A stretch of 32,000 nt of DNA from Dickeya solani IPO 2222 (GTDB taxonomy: Bacteria > Pseudomonadota > Gammaproteobacteria > Enterobacterales > Enterobacteriaceae): contig NZ_CP015137.1 of the NCBI RefSeq assembly GCF_001644705.1, positions 540,001 to 572,000 on the forward strand, in the 5' to 3' direction. A program made the translations under genes and the position numbers. Shown here one piece after another: positions 23,552 to 32,000 of the stretch. The notes beneath the pieces are model-generated. The model saw nothing but the letters and a program-made list of their open reading frames with translations, was not told the origin of the DNA and made no database searches. The stretch's first letter is position 1; every line of letters starts with the position of its first letter.

Positions 23552-23862
23552 AACCTCCCAGGGGTTTTTCCCTTTACGTTTTTCTTACATTTAATTAACC
23601 ACACTAATGTGTTGGTTAGAGGATTTACAATTCTATAGACAACATAAATAATATTGAGAACCATTTACATTTGCAATAAGATACAAATCCCGATGTTTGT
23701 CGGGATAAGCAAACTCATATTCCGGTCACAAAACATGTCACTAAAAATTAATCTGATGAATTTAAAGTCAATTAATTGATTGAATGGGATTAGTGACAAG
23801 ACTAGCGAATATAAATCCTGAAACACACAAAAAATAAGGTCTTTCACAGGAGGGGATAACTG
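23552..23862. promoter_or_regulatory. AT-rich divergent promoter region between cbsH-like and fct-like genes, with a candidate Fur box at 23704-23722
   Basis: 311-bp AT-rich spacer between divergent iron-uptake operons. A bidirectional, fepA-fes-like, Fur-controlled region is described for fct in Dickeya. The best Fur match I found is gataagcaaactcatattc (23704-23722), 13/19 to consensus. A perfect 7-bp hairpin, atcccga/tcgggat (23687-23706), overlaps it. Confidence 0.5.
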
Positions 23863-26067
23863 ATGCATAGCACCAGGAATAAACAATTAAAAAAATTAAA
23901 GTCTTGGAAAAGAAACAGCAAAGCGATGCCAGCCATGCTGGCGTCCACTTTGCTGATGGCGGCACACGTACAGGCAGCCGAAACCACCAGCACCGATACC
24001 ATGATCGTGTCGGCCAATGCGGGTGAAAGCGTCACCGCGCCGCTGAAAGGCATGGTGGCGAAAGAAAGCGCCTCCGGCACCAAAACCAGCACGCCGCTGA
24101 TAAAAACCCCGCAGTCGGTCACCGTAGTGACCCGCGACCAGATGGACGCGCAGGCGGTTTCCTCCGTTTCTGATGCGCTGAACTACTCCAGCGGCGTCGT
24201 CACCAACTATCGTGGTTCCTCCAACCGCAACGATGAAGTCATCGCCCGCGGCTTCCGCTACGTGCCGAAATTCCTCGACGGTCTGAGCTTTGGCCTGAGC
24301 GGCCAGGGCGCAGCGCTGGGGAAAATCGACCCCTGGCTGCTGGAACGAGTGGAGCTGGTGCACGGCCCAGCCTCGGTGTTGTATGGACAGGTGAATCCCG
24401 GCGGGCTGATCAACATGACCAGCAAACGCCCGACTGCTGAAACCATCCGCAAGGTGCAGTTCAGCGCCGGCAATCAGCATCTGGGCGAAGCGGCGTTTGA
24501 TTTTGGCGGCGCGCTGAACGACGACAAAACCCTGCTCTATCGTCTGGACGGCATCGCCAGCACTAAACATGAGTTTGTGAAGGATTCTAAACAAGAGCGT
24601 ATCGCTGTCGCGCCATCGCTGACCTGGTTACCGAATCCCGACACCAGCTTTACCCTTCTGTCCATATACCAAAACGACCCCGAAGCAGGCTTTCGCAATT
24701 TTCTGCCGGCCTACGGTACCGCGTTTGAAACCACATCGGGTTACATTCCTTACGACCTGAACATCAGCGACCCCAACTATCATCAGTCAAAACGTGAGCT
24801 GGGATCGTTCGGTTATATCTTCGATCACTCGTTCAATGACGTGTTCTCATTTACGCAGAACTTCCGCTATTCGCAGCTGAAAGAGAAATACAAATATTTG
24901 GTGTATACCACTGGCGGCACAGCCACCAACACCACGTTATCTCGTCGTCAGCAGCGTGAAGAAACCCAAACCGATGAAATGGGATGGGATAATCAGTTAA
25001 AAGCGAAATTCGCTACCGGCGATGTTACCCATACGGCGATTGGTGGTCTCGATTACAAATGGCAGCAAAAAGATTACGACTACTGGCGCAACGGCGGCAA
25101 CCAGTACAATTTTGACTGGGCTAATCCATCCTATGGTGGTTCCTATCTGGTAGACGACAGCCAGTTATCACTGACCCAGTCTTACAAGAAAAAACTCGAT
25201 CAGGTCGGCGTCTATCTGCAAGACCAGATGGAATGGAATCAGTGGAACCTGCTGCTGTCCGGTCGTCATGACTGGAGCGAAATACGCACGCTGGATCGCA
25301 CCACCAGCACCACAACACAGCAAAACGACAGCAAATTCACCGGCCGCGCCGGTCTGCTGTACGCCTTCGACAACGGTATTTCACCGTATGTCAGCTATAG
25401 CACCTCCTTCGAGCCCAACCTGGACTCCGGCGCACCGGGTACGCCAGCCTTTAAACCGACCACCGGCGAGCAGAAGGAAGTGGGGGTGAAATTCCAGCCC
25501 AAAGGCAGCAATACCCTGCTGACCGTGTCGCTGTTTGATATCACGCAGAAAAACATCACCTCGTACAACAGCGTGACCCAATACAACGAGCAAATCGGCA
25601 AGGTGAAATCCAAAGGGGTGGAAACCGAAGCGCACACGCAGCTGACGCCGGAAATCAGCCTGATGGCGGCCTACACCTATACCGACGCGGTCACCAAGGA
25701 AAGCTACACCGCCAGCCAGATCAACAAAGCGCCGTCTGCCATTCCGCGCCATTCCGCCTCCGCCTGGGGCAGCTACAGCTTCCAGAATGGTCCGCTGAAA
25801 GGCGTCACACTCGGCACCGGCGCGCGTTATATCGGTTCTACCTACGGCGATAACGCTGAGGGCTTCAAGGTACCGGCTTACACCCTGTACGACGCCATGG
25901 CGCGTTACGAACTGGGTTCGCTCGCGTCGCAGTTGAAGGGCGCCGCGGTGCAACTGAACATCAACAACCTGACCGACAAGCACTATGTCGCGTCGTGCAG
26001 TGGCACCACCGCCTGCTTCTACGGCAGCGGACGCACGGTCGTCGCTACGGTTAGCTACAGCTGGTAA
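23863..26067 (+). CDS. fct: TonB-dependent outer-membrane ferric-siderophore receptor (ferrichrysobactin receptor Fct-like)
   Basis: 734-aa ORF with a strong AGGAGG Shine-Dalgarno 8 nt upstream of ATG 23863. The long basic signal peptide ends [10 protein letters not shown]. It has a TonB box DTMIVSA, a plug region ([19 protein letters not shown]...), a barrel and the terminal motif ...VATVSYSW. It sits upstream of the DHB biosynthesis genes. Confidence 0.93.
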   Translation: MHSTRNKQLKKLKSWKRNSKAMPAMLASTLLMAAHVQAAETTSTDTMIVSANAGESVTAPLKGMVAKESASGTKTSTPLIKTPQSVTVVTRDQMDAQAVSSVSDALNYSSGVVTNYRGSSNRNDEVIARGFRYVPKFLDGLSFGLSGQGAALGKIDPWLLERVELVHGPASVLYGQVNPGGLINMTSKRPTAETIRKVQFSAGNQHLGEAAFDFGGALNDDKTLLYRLDGIASTKHEFVKDSKQERIAVAPSLTWLPNPDTSFTLLSIYQNDPEAGFRNFLPAYGTAFETTSGYIPYDLNISDPNYHQSKRELGSFGYIFDHSFNDVFSFTQNFRYSQLKEKYKYLVYTTGGTATNTTLSRRQQREETQTDEMGWDNQLKAKFATGDVTHTAIGGLDYKWQQKDYDYWRNGGNQYNFDWANPSYGGSYLVDDSQLSLTQSYKKKLDQVGVYLQDQMEWNQWNLLLSGRHDWSEIRTLDRTTSTTTQQNDSKFTGRAGLLYAFDNGISPYVSYSTSFEPNLDSGAPGTPAFKPTTGEQKEVGVKFQPKGSNTLLTVSLFDITQKNITSYNSVTQYNEQIGKVKSKGVETEAHTQLTPEISLMAAYTYTDAVTKESYTASQINKAPSAIPRHSASAWGSYSFQNGPLKGVTLGTGARYIGSTYGDNAEGFKVPAYTLYDAMARYELGSLASQLKGAAVQLNINNLTDKHYVASCSGTTACFYGSGRTVVATVSYSW

Positions 26068-26073
26068 TACGCG

Positions 26074-26097
26074 GCAGGGCGGGGTTTCCCGCCCTGC
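26074..26097 (+). terminator. GC-rich hairpin between fct-like and cbsC-like genes (partial terminator or mRNA-processing/stability element)
   Basis: Perfect 10-bp stem gcagggcggg (26074-26083) / cccgccctgc (26088-26097) with loop gttt, 7 nt after the fct stop. No U-run follows. The next gene starts at 26151. Confidence 0.5.
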
Positions 26098-26150
26098 GGT
26101 GACGCCTTAGCGCCACCATTTCGTTCACTTACGACATAAGGATAAAACCC

Positions 26151-27338
26151 GTGTCAACGCTAGCAGCCACTTCTTCATCGCTGGATGCCCGCACGCTTCA
26201 GCACGATGATTTTCTGTTTCTGTCTCCCGACAACAGCCTGCATGCCCGTGGATGTTACGCCGCCCTGCCGGCGGCGGTGGCCGATGGCGGTCACCTGCAA
26301 GGCGACGTTCAGCAACAGGTCAAAGCGCTGTTTGCCCGCGCCCGGCAGGACGGCATCGCCCGGCCGCTGCTGGTCGGCGCTATCCCGTTCGACAAGCGCC
26401 AGCCCGCCCGCCTGTTCGTGCCGCAACAGTCACGCTGGTTCGCGCGCGACACGTTGCAACACGAGCCGCTGCCCGCGACGCCGTTAGCCGTGCGCCAGAT
26501 ACGCGAAATACCGGAGCACGATGCGTTTTGCCAGATGGTCAGCGCCGGCGTCGCCGCCACCCGCAGCGGCGAGTTGAACAAGATCGTGCTGTCCCGCCTG
26601 CTGGATATCGATACCGACCAGCCGCTGGATTCGATCCGCCTGCTGCTGCAGCTCAACCAGCAAAACCCCTGGAGCTATAACTTCCACGTGCCGTTGGAAC
26701 AGGGTGCGCTGCTGGGCGCCAGCCCTGAATTGCTGCTGCATAAACAGGGCAACCACATTGTGTCGCAACCGTTGGCCGGTTCAGCCCGCCGCAGTGACGA
26801 CCCGGTGGAAGATCAGCGCCTGCGACGCACGCTGATGGCCTCGGCCAAAGATCGCCATGAACACCGGCTGGTGACCGATGATATCCAGCGGGTGCTGGCG
26901 CCGCGCTGCCGGACGCTAACCATTCCGGATACGCCGGAACTGCTGAGCACGCCGGTGCTGTGGCATCTGGCGACCCGGGTTCAGGGCGAGGTGCTGGACG
27001 CGCAGGAGAACGCCTTGTCCATCGCCTGCCTGCTGCACCCGACCCCGGCGCTGTGCGGCGTGCCGTTCGAAGCCGCCAGAGATCGCATCGCCCAACTGGA
27101 ACCCTTCTCGCGCGGGCTGTTCGGCGGCATCGTCGGCTGGTGCGACGATGAAGGCAACGGTCAATGGGTGGTGACCATTCGCTGCGGCGAGGTCCGGCAA
27201 AACCGGGTGCGGCTGTTTGCCGGCGCCGGCATCGTGCCGGATTCCCAGCCGGTATCCGAATGGCACGAAACCGGCGTTAAATTGAGCACCATGCTGCGCG
27301 CATTTGGCCTGCGTCAGGATCAGGAGTGCGCAGCATGA
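26151..27338 (+). CDS. cbsC: Isochorismate synthase (EntC homolog, CbsC)
   Basis: 395 aa from GTG 26151 (AAGGA upstream). Colinear with E. coli EntC from memory ([116 protein letters not shown]). Confidence 0.95.
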   Translation: MSTLAATSSSLDARTLQHDDFLFLSPDNSLHARGCYAALPAAVADGGHLQGDVQQQVKALFARARQDGIARPLLVGAIPFDKRQPARLFVPQQSRWFARDTLQHEPLPATPLAVRQIREIPEHDAFCQMVSAGVAATRSGELNKIVLSRLLDIDTDQPLDSIRLLLQLNQQNPWSYNFHVPLEQGALLGASPELLLHKQGNHIVSQPLAGSARRSDDPVEDQRLRRTLMASAKDRHEHRLVTDDIQRVLAPRCRTLTIPDTPELLSTPVLWHLATRVQGEVLDAQENALSIACLLHPTPALCGVPFEAARDRIAQLEPFSRGLFGGIVGWCDDEGNGQWVVTIRCGEVRQNRVRLFAGAGIVPDSQPVSEWHETGVKLSTMLRAFGLRQDQECAA

Positions 27339-28963
27339 TGATTGAATTCACCCGTTGGCCGCCCGAGCTGGAACAGCGCTATCGGGAACGGGGCTACTGG
27401 CAGGATCTGCCGCTGGGCGACATCCTCGCCCGACACGCCGACAACGACGACACCGCGCTAATCTGTGGTAACCGCGCGATCGGTTACCGCCAGATGAACC
27501 AGCAGGTGGCGCAACTGGCCAGCGCGCTGCAACGTCGGGGGTTAAAGCCGGGGCAGACCGCGCTGGTGCAGTTGGGCAATGTCGCCGAATTCTATCTGAC
27601 TTACTTCGCGCTGTTGCGCGCCGGCATCGTGCCGGTGAACGCGCTGTTCAGCCATCAGCGCAGCGAACTGTGCGCCTACGCCGATCAGATAACCCCAACG
27701 CTGCTGATCGCCGATCGCAGCCATCCACTGTTTGCCGACGCTAGCTTTATCGACGAACTACGCCAGCGCTGCCCGTCGCTGCAGCAGGTGATTCTGCGGG
27801 GCGACGCCGGCTCAGCGCTATCGCTGTCGCAACTGTTGCAGGAAGACGGCGACCCGCTGGCCGCCACGCCGACGCCCGCCGACCAGGTGGCGTTTTTCCA
27901 GCTTTCCGGCGGCAGCACCGGCACGCCAAAGTTAATCCCCCGTACCCACAACGATTACTACTACAGCATTCGCGGCAGCGTGGAGATTTGCCGGGTTGAC
28001 GCGCACACCCGCTTTCTGTGCGCCCTGCCCGCCGCCCACAACTATCCGCTCAGCTCGCCGGGCGCGTTGGGCGTGTTCTATGCAGGTGGCACGGTGGTGC
28101 TGGCGGGCGACCCCAGCCCGACCTGCTGTTTCCCGCTGATTGCACAACACCGCATCACGCTGACTGCGCTGGTGCCGCCTGCCGTCACGCTGTGGCTGGA
28201 AGCGGTAGCCTTATCCGGCGACCGCCGCGCGCTGGCAAGCCTGCAGGTGTTGCAAGTCGGTGGCGCCCGTCTGAGCGAAGCGCTGGCGCGGCGAGTACCG
28301 GCGGAGCTGGGCTGCCAGTTGCAACAGGTGTTCGGCATGGCGGAAGGGCTGGTGAACTACACCCGGCTGGACGACGACGATATCCACCGCTTCACCACCC
28401 AGGGCTGCCCTATCAGCGACCATGATGAGGTGTGGGTGGCCGATACCGACGGCAATCCGTTGCCGCACGGCGAACCGGGCCGCCTGATGACGCGCGGGCC
28501 CTACACCTTTCGCGGCTATTACCGCAGCCCGGCGCACAACCGCCAGGTATTTAACGCCGACGGTTTTTACTGCTCCGGCGATCTGGTGATCCAGCAGGCG
28601 GACGGCTACCTGCAAGTGGTGGGACGAGAAAAAGATCAGATCAACCGGGGCGGGGAAAAGATCGCCGCCGAGGAGATCGAGAACCTGCTACTGCGCCACC
28701 CGGCGGTGATCAACGCGGCGCTGGTGGCAGTGCCCGATACCATGATGGGCGAAAAAAGCTGTGCCTTTCTGGTCACCCGCGAACCGCTCAAAGCGGCAGC
28801 GCTGCGTCGTCATCTGCGCGAACAAGGCATCGCCGACTACAAACTGCCGGACCGATTTGAACAACTGCCCACCCTGCCGGAAACCGCGGTGGGCAAAGTC
28901 GATAAACAGCGGCTACGCCAGCTGGCGCAACAGCGCGTGGCGGCGTCCGTTGCAGGAGAATAA
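27335..28963 (+). CDS. cbsE: 2,3-dihydroxybenzoate-AMP ligase (EntE homolog, CbsE)
   Basis: The ORF track starts at GTG 27326. ATG 27335 follows CAGGAG at an 8-nt spacing and overlaps the cbsC stop in an ATGA junction. The N-terminus [24 protein letters not shown] matches EntE (FTRWP...YR.KGYWQD). Core motifs are [75 protein letters not shown] and AVGKVDKQ. Confidence 0.95.
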   Translation: MMIEFTRWPPELEQRYRERGYWQDLPLGDILARHADNDDTALICGNRAIGYRQMNQQVAQLASALQRRGLKPGQTALVQLGNVAEFYLTYFALLRAGIVPVNALFSHQRSELCAYADQITPTLLIADRSHPLFADASFIDELRQRCPSLQQVILRGDAGSALSLSQLLQEDGDPLAATPTPADQVAFFQLSGGSTGTPKLIPRTHNDYYYSIRGSVEICRVDAHTRFLCALPAAHNYPLSSPGALGVFYAGGTVVLAGDPSPTCCFPLIAQHRITLTALVPPAVTLWLEAVALSGDRRALASLQVLQVGGARLSEALARRVPAELGCQLQQVFGMAEGLVNYTRLDDDDIHRFTTQGCPISDHDEVWVADTDGNPLPHGEPGRLMTRGPYTFRGYYRSPAHNRQVFNADGFYCSGDLVIQQADGYLQVVGREKDQINRGGEKIAAEEIENLLLRHPAVINAALVAVPDTMMGEKSCAFLVTREPLKAAALRRHLREQGIADYKLPDRFEQLPTLPETAVGKVDKQRLRQLAQQRVAASVAGE

Positions 28964-28966
28964 ATC

Positions 28967-29842
28967 ATGGCTATTCCAAAACTGAACGCCTACCCGCTTC
29001 CCGGCGTGGAGCATCTACCGGTCAACAAGGTTAACTGGCCGGTGGACCCCACGCGAGCCGCGCTGCTGATTCACGACATGCAGAACTATTTCCTCAATTT
29101 CTGGGGAGAAAACAGCCCGCTGACCGAACAGTTGATCGCCAATGTCGCGCGCATCCGGCAGGCGTGCCGCCAACTGGGCATTCCGGTGTTCTACACGGCC
29201 CAGCCCAATCAGCAGAGCGATGCCGACCGGGCGCTGCTTAACGACATGTGGGGACCGGGCCTGAACCGCCACCCGGAGCAACAGCAAATCACCACCGCCC
29301 TGACGCCGGACGCCGACGACACCGTACTGGTGAAATGGCGTTACAGCGCGTTCCACCGTTCCGATCTGGAGCAACGGCTGAACGCCGCAGGCCGCGACCA
29401 GTTGATTATCTGCGGGGTATACGCGCATATCGGCTGCCTGACCACCGCCACCGATGCGTTTATGCGCAACATCAAACCGTTCATGATTGCCGATGCGCTG
29501 GCGGATTTTTCGCAGGAAGAGCACCTGATGGCGCTGCGTTACACCGCCGGTCGTTGCGGCCGGGTGTTGACCAGCGAGCAATTGCTGGACGCGCTCGCCC
29601 CGCAGACGGATGACGGCCTGGCACGCCTGCGTGCCGAACTGCTGCCGTTGCTGGATGACGACGACGAGATCGGCGATGACGACAACCTGCTGGACTACGG
29701 GCTGGACTCGGTGCGCATCATGTCGCTGGTGACCCGCTGGCGTCAGCAGGGGCATGACCTTGACTTCGTGGCACTGGTGAAAAACCCCACGCTCAACCAC
29801 TGGCACCAGCTACTCAGCCAGCCCCAACGGGAGGAAGCATGA
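28967..29842 (+). CDS. cbsB: Bifunctional isochorismatase / aryl carrier protein (EntB homolog, CbsB)
   Basis: 291 aa with AGGAG upstream. The N-terminal isochorismatase domain reads ALLIHDMQNYF..., VFYTAQP, VLVKWRYSAF, LIICGVYAHIGC. The C-terminal ArCP has DNLLDYGLDSVRIMSL; the Ser in DS is the expected phosphopantetheine site. Confidence 0.95.
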   Translation: MAIPKLNAYPLPGVEHLPVNKVNWPVDPTRAALLIHDMQNYFLNFWGENSPLTEQLIANVARIRQACRQLGIPVFYTAQPNQQSDADRALLNDMWGPGLNRHPEQQQITTALTPDADDTVLVKWRYSAFHRSDLEQRLNAAGRDQLIICGVYAHIGCLTTATDAFMRNIKPFMIADALADFSQEEHLMALRYTAGRCGRVLTSEQLLDALAPQTDDGLARLRAELLPLLDDDDEIGDDDNLLDYGLDSVRIMSLVTRWRQQGHDLDFVALVKNPTLNHWHQLLSQPQREEA

Positions 29843-30597
29843 GCGTCACGCTGGATTTCAGCGGCAAACAGGTGTGGGTGACCGGTGCCGGGCGCGGCAT
29901 TGGTTATGACATTGCCTGCCGTTTCACCGAGGCGGGCGCGACCGTCACCGGGTTTGACCGCGCCTTTTCCGACGACGAACCGCCGTTCCGCGCCGTCGAA
30001 CTGGACATCGGCGACCACGCCGCCGTCGCCGATGTCTGCGCAACGCTGCTGGCGCAAACGCCGCGTCTGGATGTGCTGGTGAACGGCGCCGGCATCCTGC
30101 GTATGGGCCAGACCGAAACCCTCAGCCAGCAGGACTGGCTGGATTGCCTGACGGTTAACGCCGGCGGCGCGTTTCACCTGTTTCAGGCGCTGATCCCGCA
30201 GTTTCAACGGCAGCGTAGCGGCGCGATTGTTTCGATCGGCTCCAACGCCGCGCATGTGCCGCGGGTCGGCATGGCGGCCTATTGCGCATCCAAGGCGGCA
30301 TTGCGCAGCCTGTGCCTGACCGTCGGTCTGGAGCTGGCGCCGTACGGCGTGCGCTGTAACATGGTGTCGCCCGGCTCCACCGACACACCGATGCAACGCA
30401 GCCTGTGGCACTCGCCGGCCGCGGAACAACACACCATCGCCGGTTTTCCCGCGCAGTTCAAACTGGGGATTCCGCTCGGCAAAATCGCCCGTCCGCGTGA
30501 AATCACCGATGCGGTGCTGTTTCTGGCGTCCGATCTGGCCAGCCACGTCACACTACAGGATATGGTGATCGACGGCGGCGCCACGCTGGGTGCGTGA
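29839..30597 (+). CDS. cbsA: 2,3-dihydro-2,3-dihydroxybenzoate dehydrogenase (EntA homolog, CbsA), SDR family
   Basis: 252 aa with GGGAGGAAG upstream and an ATGA overlap with the cbsB stop. Rossmann motif VTGAGRGIG, catalytic YCASKAA (YxxxK), and C-terminal LASDLASHVTLQD..IDGGATLG. Confidence 0.93.
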   Translation: MSVTLDFSGKQVWVTGAGRGIGYDIACRFTEAGATVTGFDRAFSDDEPPFRAVELDIGDHAAVADVCATLLAQTPRLDVLVNGAGILRMGQTETLSQQDWLDCLTVNAGGAFHLFQALIPQFQRQRSGAIVSIGSNAAHVPRVGMAAYCASKAALRSLCLTVGLELAPYGVRCNMVSPGSTDTPMQRSLWHSPAAEQHTIAGFPAQFKLGIPLGKIARPREITDAVLFLASDLASHVTLQDMVIDGGATLGA

Positions 30598-30636
30598 CGC
30601 CGTGCGCCGATATCCGGTTTTCAGGGAGAAATAAGC

Positions 30637-31053
30637 ATGATCTGGAAACGCGCTACCTCACTGGAAGCGCTCAATCAGATGAGCGACGACTGCATGGTGT
30701 CCCATCTGGGCATTCGCTTTACCCACATGACGGACAACAGTCTGGAAGCGACCCTGCCGGTAGACGCCCGCACCCGGCAGCCGTTCGGCCTGCTGCACGG
30801 CGGCGCTTCGGTGGTGCTGGCGGAATCGCTGGGTTCGGTGGCAGGCTGGCTGTGTACTGAACCGGGCGCCAGCGTGGTCGGCGTGGAAATTAACGCCAGC
30901 CATCTGCGGGCCGTCGCACAAGGAGAGGTCCGGGGAATTTGCCAGCCGTTGCATCTGGGCCGCCAGACGCAGGTCTGGCAGATAGAGATCGTGGACGAGC
31001 GCCAGCGGCGCTGCTGCATCGCCCGGCTGACTACGGCCGTCATTCAGCCGTAA
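30637..31053 (+). CDS. entH: Hotdog-fold proofreading thioesterase (EntH/YbdB homolog)
   Basis: 138 aa: MIWKR...LEALN..S...MV.HLGI.....D..LEA.(L/M)[19 protein letters not shown](T/S)LGS.AG...........VG.E.NA(T/S)[19 protein letters not shown]...DE...RCC..RL.TAV. This is near colinear with E. coli EntH as recalled. Confidence 0.92.
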   Translation: MIWKRATSLEALNQMSDDCMVSHLGIRFTHMTDNSLEATLPVDARTRQPFGLLHGGASVVLAESLGSVAGWLCTEPGASVVGVEINASHLRAVAQGEVRGICQPLHLGRQTQVWQIEIVDERQRRCCIARLTTAVIQP

Positions 31054-31079
31054 CCAGAAAAAAGGAAGCCGATGACCTA

Positions 31080-31285
31080 CTTCAGATTGCTGACAAACAC
31101 CTTGATTATCGGTGAGTGGGTTTTTCTGGCGTCCCAAACAGTGCTGAGGTGGGCGACTTCGCCGGGTGAGCCGCATGGACGCGGCGAAAGCCCGTGCCGT
31201 GCCAGGAGCACGTCACGGGCGGCCCGAACAGCGAAGGCGAACGCCGAAGGTAGCGCGCAGCGCCACTGTTTAGCCACCAGCCAGT
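31080..31285 (+). repeat. Long copy (B) of the unclassified intergenic repeat, built as a large imperfect palindrome
   Basis: It shares the 16-mer cttcagattgctgaca and following blocks with 9468-9580. Internally, ctggc...aaacagtg (31127-31143) mirrors cactgttt...gccag (31264-31283), ggcgacttcgcc mirrors ggcgaacgcc, and the centre holds cccgtg...cacggg (31190-31219). It lies between the convergent entH-like and OYE reductase genes. Confidence 0.5.
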
Positions 31286-31292
31286 GGTCAAG

Positions 31293-31315
31293 GAGAGGCG
31301 GCGTTTGAGCCTCTC
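31293..31315 (+). terminator. Hairpin downstream of the entH-like operon (weak terminator candidate)
   Basis: Perfect 7-bp stem gagaggc (31293-31299) / gcctctc (31309-31315) with a 9-nt loop, followed by attgt (poor U-run). Confidence 0.3.
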
Positions 31316-31400
31316 ATTGTCGTGCGTGCGATAAAGTGGCAAAGAAATTATACCGCTTATCCCGCACGAAACTATTCACTGACCGGACAAATTCACCATT

Positions 31401-31431
31401 CATAAAACAACATGGCTGTTTGTCAACAGCC
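31401..31431 (-). terminator. Rho-independent terminator of the OYE reductase gene
   Basis: On the minus strand: GGCTGTT-gaca-AACAGCC (plus-strand 31414-31431), followed by ATGTTGTTTTATG (31401-31413). It begins about 30 nt after the stop at 31461. Confidence 0.6.
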
Positions 31432-31460
31432 TCAGGAGGTCGATGGCCTCCTTGTTGGTT

Positions 31461-32000
31461 TTACTCCGCCAGCGCCGGATAATCGGTGTAGCCTTCCGCA
31501 TCCGGGCTGTAAATCGTGTTGCTGTTCAGCTCATTGAGCGGCGCACCGCGACGCAGGCGCTCAACCAGATCCGGGTTGGAAATATAGACACGGCCAAACG
31601 ACACCGCATCCGCCTCGCCGTCCGCCAGCAGTTGCTCTGCGGCGTCACGGGTCAGGCCATCGTTGGCGATCACCACGCCACTGAATGTTTTGCGAATCAG
31701 CGGCAGCATGCGCTGCGGCGTATCCAGCGCTTCGCGTACAAAGATAAACGCCAGTTTACGATCGTTCAGTTGCTCAGCCACATAACCGAACAACGCCTGC
31801 GGATCGGAATCCTGCATCGAGTGTGTGTTGGACATGGTGTTCAGGTGCACACCGACCCGATCCGCCGGCCAGACAGTCAGCACCGCGTCCACCGTATCCA
31901 GCAGGAAACGCGCCCGATTGGCGATGGCGCCACCGTACTGGTCAGTACGCTGATTGGAGCCATCATGCAGGAACTGATCGAACAGGTAACCGTTGGCGGC
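31461..32000 (-). CDS. nemA: Old Yellow Enzyme family FMN oxidoreductase (NemA / N-ethylmaleimide reductase-like), C-terminal part only; 5' end lies beyond the right edge
   Basis: The ORF track lists only 31461..31892. The frame stays open to 32000, where the minus strand reads AANGYLFDQFLHDGSNQRTDQYGGAIANRARFLLDTVDAVLTVWPADRVGVHL..., a typical OYE/NemA block. The C-terminus reads ...ADAVSFGRVYISNPDLVERL. Confidence 0.85.
   Translation of the reverse strand, partial: AANGYLFDQFLHDGSNQRTDQYGGAIANRARFLLDTVDAVLTVWPADRVGVHLNTMSNTHSMQDSDPQALFGYVAEQLNDRKLAFIFVREALDTPQRMLPLIRKTFSGVVIANDGLTRDAAEQLLADGEADAVSFGRVYISNPDLVERLRRGAPLNELNSNTIYSPDAEGYTDYPALAE

Noticed and set aside
31072-31308. 78-aa ORF with an AGGAAG-like Shine-Dalgarno and a hydrophobic N-terminus (MTYFRLLTNTLIIGEWVFLASQ...) downstream of the entH-like gene
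   Set aside because: Most of it reads through the palindromic repeat, giving an Arg/Ala/Ser-rich tail. The related repeat copy at 9468-9580 has an early stop in the equivalent frame, so the reading frame is not conserved. A tiny membrane peptide cannot be fully excluded.

Overview
The window looks like the chrysobactin-type catecholate siderophore locus of a Dickeya-like (Pectobacteriaceae) genome, interrupted by one unrelated insert. All homology calls rest on motifs read by eye and on E. coli Ent/Fep/ChiP sequences recalled from memory. No searches were run.

Gene order, left to right:
- Two tandem minus-strand Svx/AvrXca-family secreted HExxH metallopeptidase-like genes. The first runs off the left edge and is missing from the ORF track.
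- A ferric-catecholate uptake/export block arranged as in E. coli: fepB-like, then entS on the opposite strand, then fepD-fepG-fepC-like. Candidate Fur boxes lie upstream.
- An AT-rich insert (about 9017-12926) with two genes unrelated to iron. One is a polytopic processive family-2 glycosyltransferase. The other is a ChiP/OprD-family outer-membrane barrel. This is my best candidate for an undescribed system: a minimal synthase plus barrel trans-envelope glycan module.
- The biosynthetic core. On the minus strand: a 2866-aa NRPS (C-A-T-E-C-A-T-TE, fits DHB-D-Lys-L-Ser, cbsF-like), an MbtH-like gene and a Fes-like esterase (cbsH-like). Divergent from these: the TonB-dependent receptor (fct-like) followed by entC/E/B/A/H homologs (cbsCEBA plus a thioesterase).
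- A partial OYE/NemA-type flavin reductase at the right edge.

Two copies of an unclassified intergenic repeat (about 9468-9580 and 31080-31285) sit in direct orientation around the insert plus the biosynthetic genes. I found no tRNA, rRNA, CRISPR array, transposase or integrase. No EntD-type phosphopantetheinyl transferase is present. Most other ORF-track entries are antisense or off-frame artefacts of GC-rich coding DNA.
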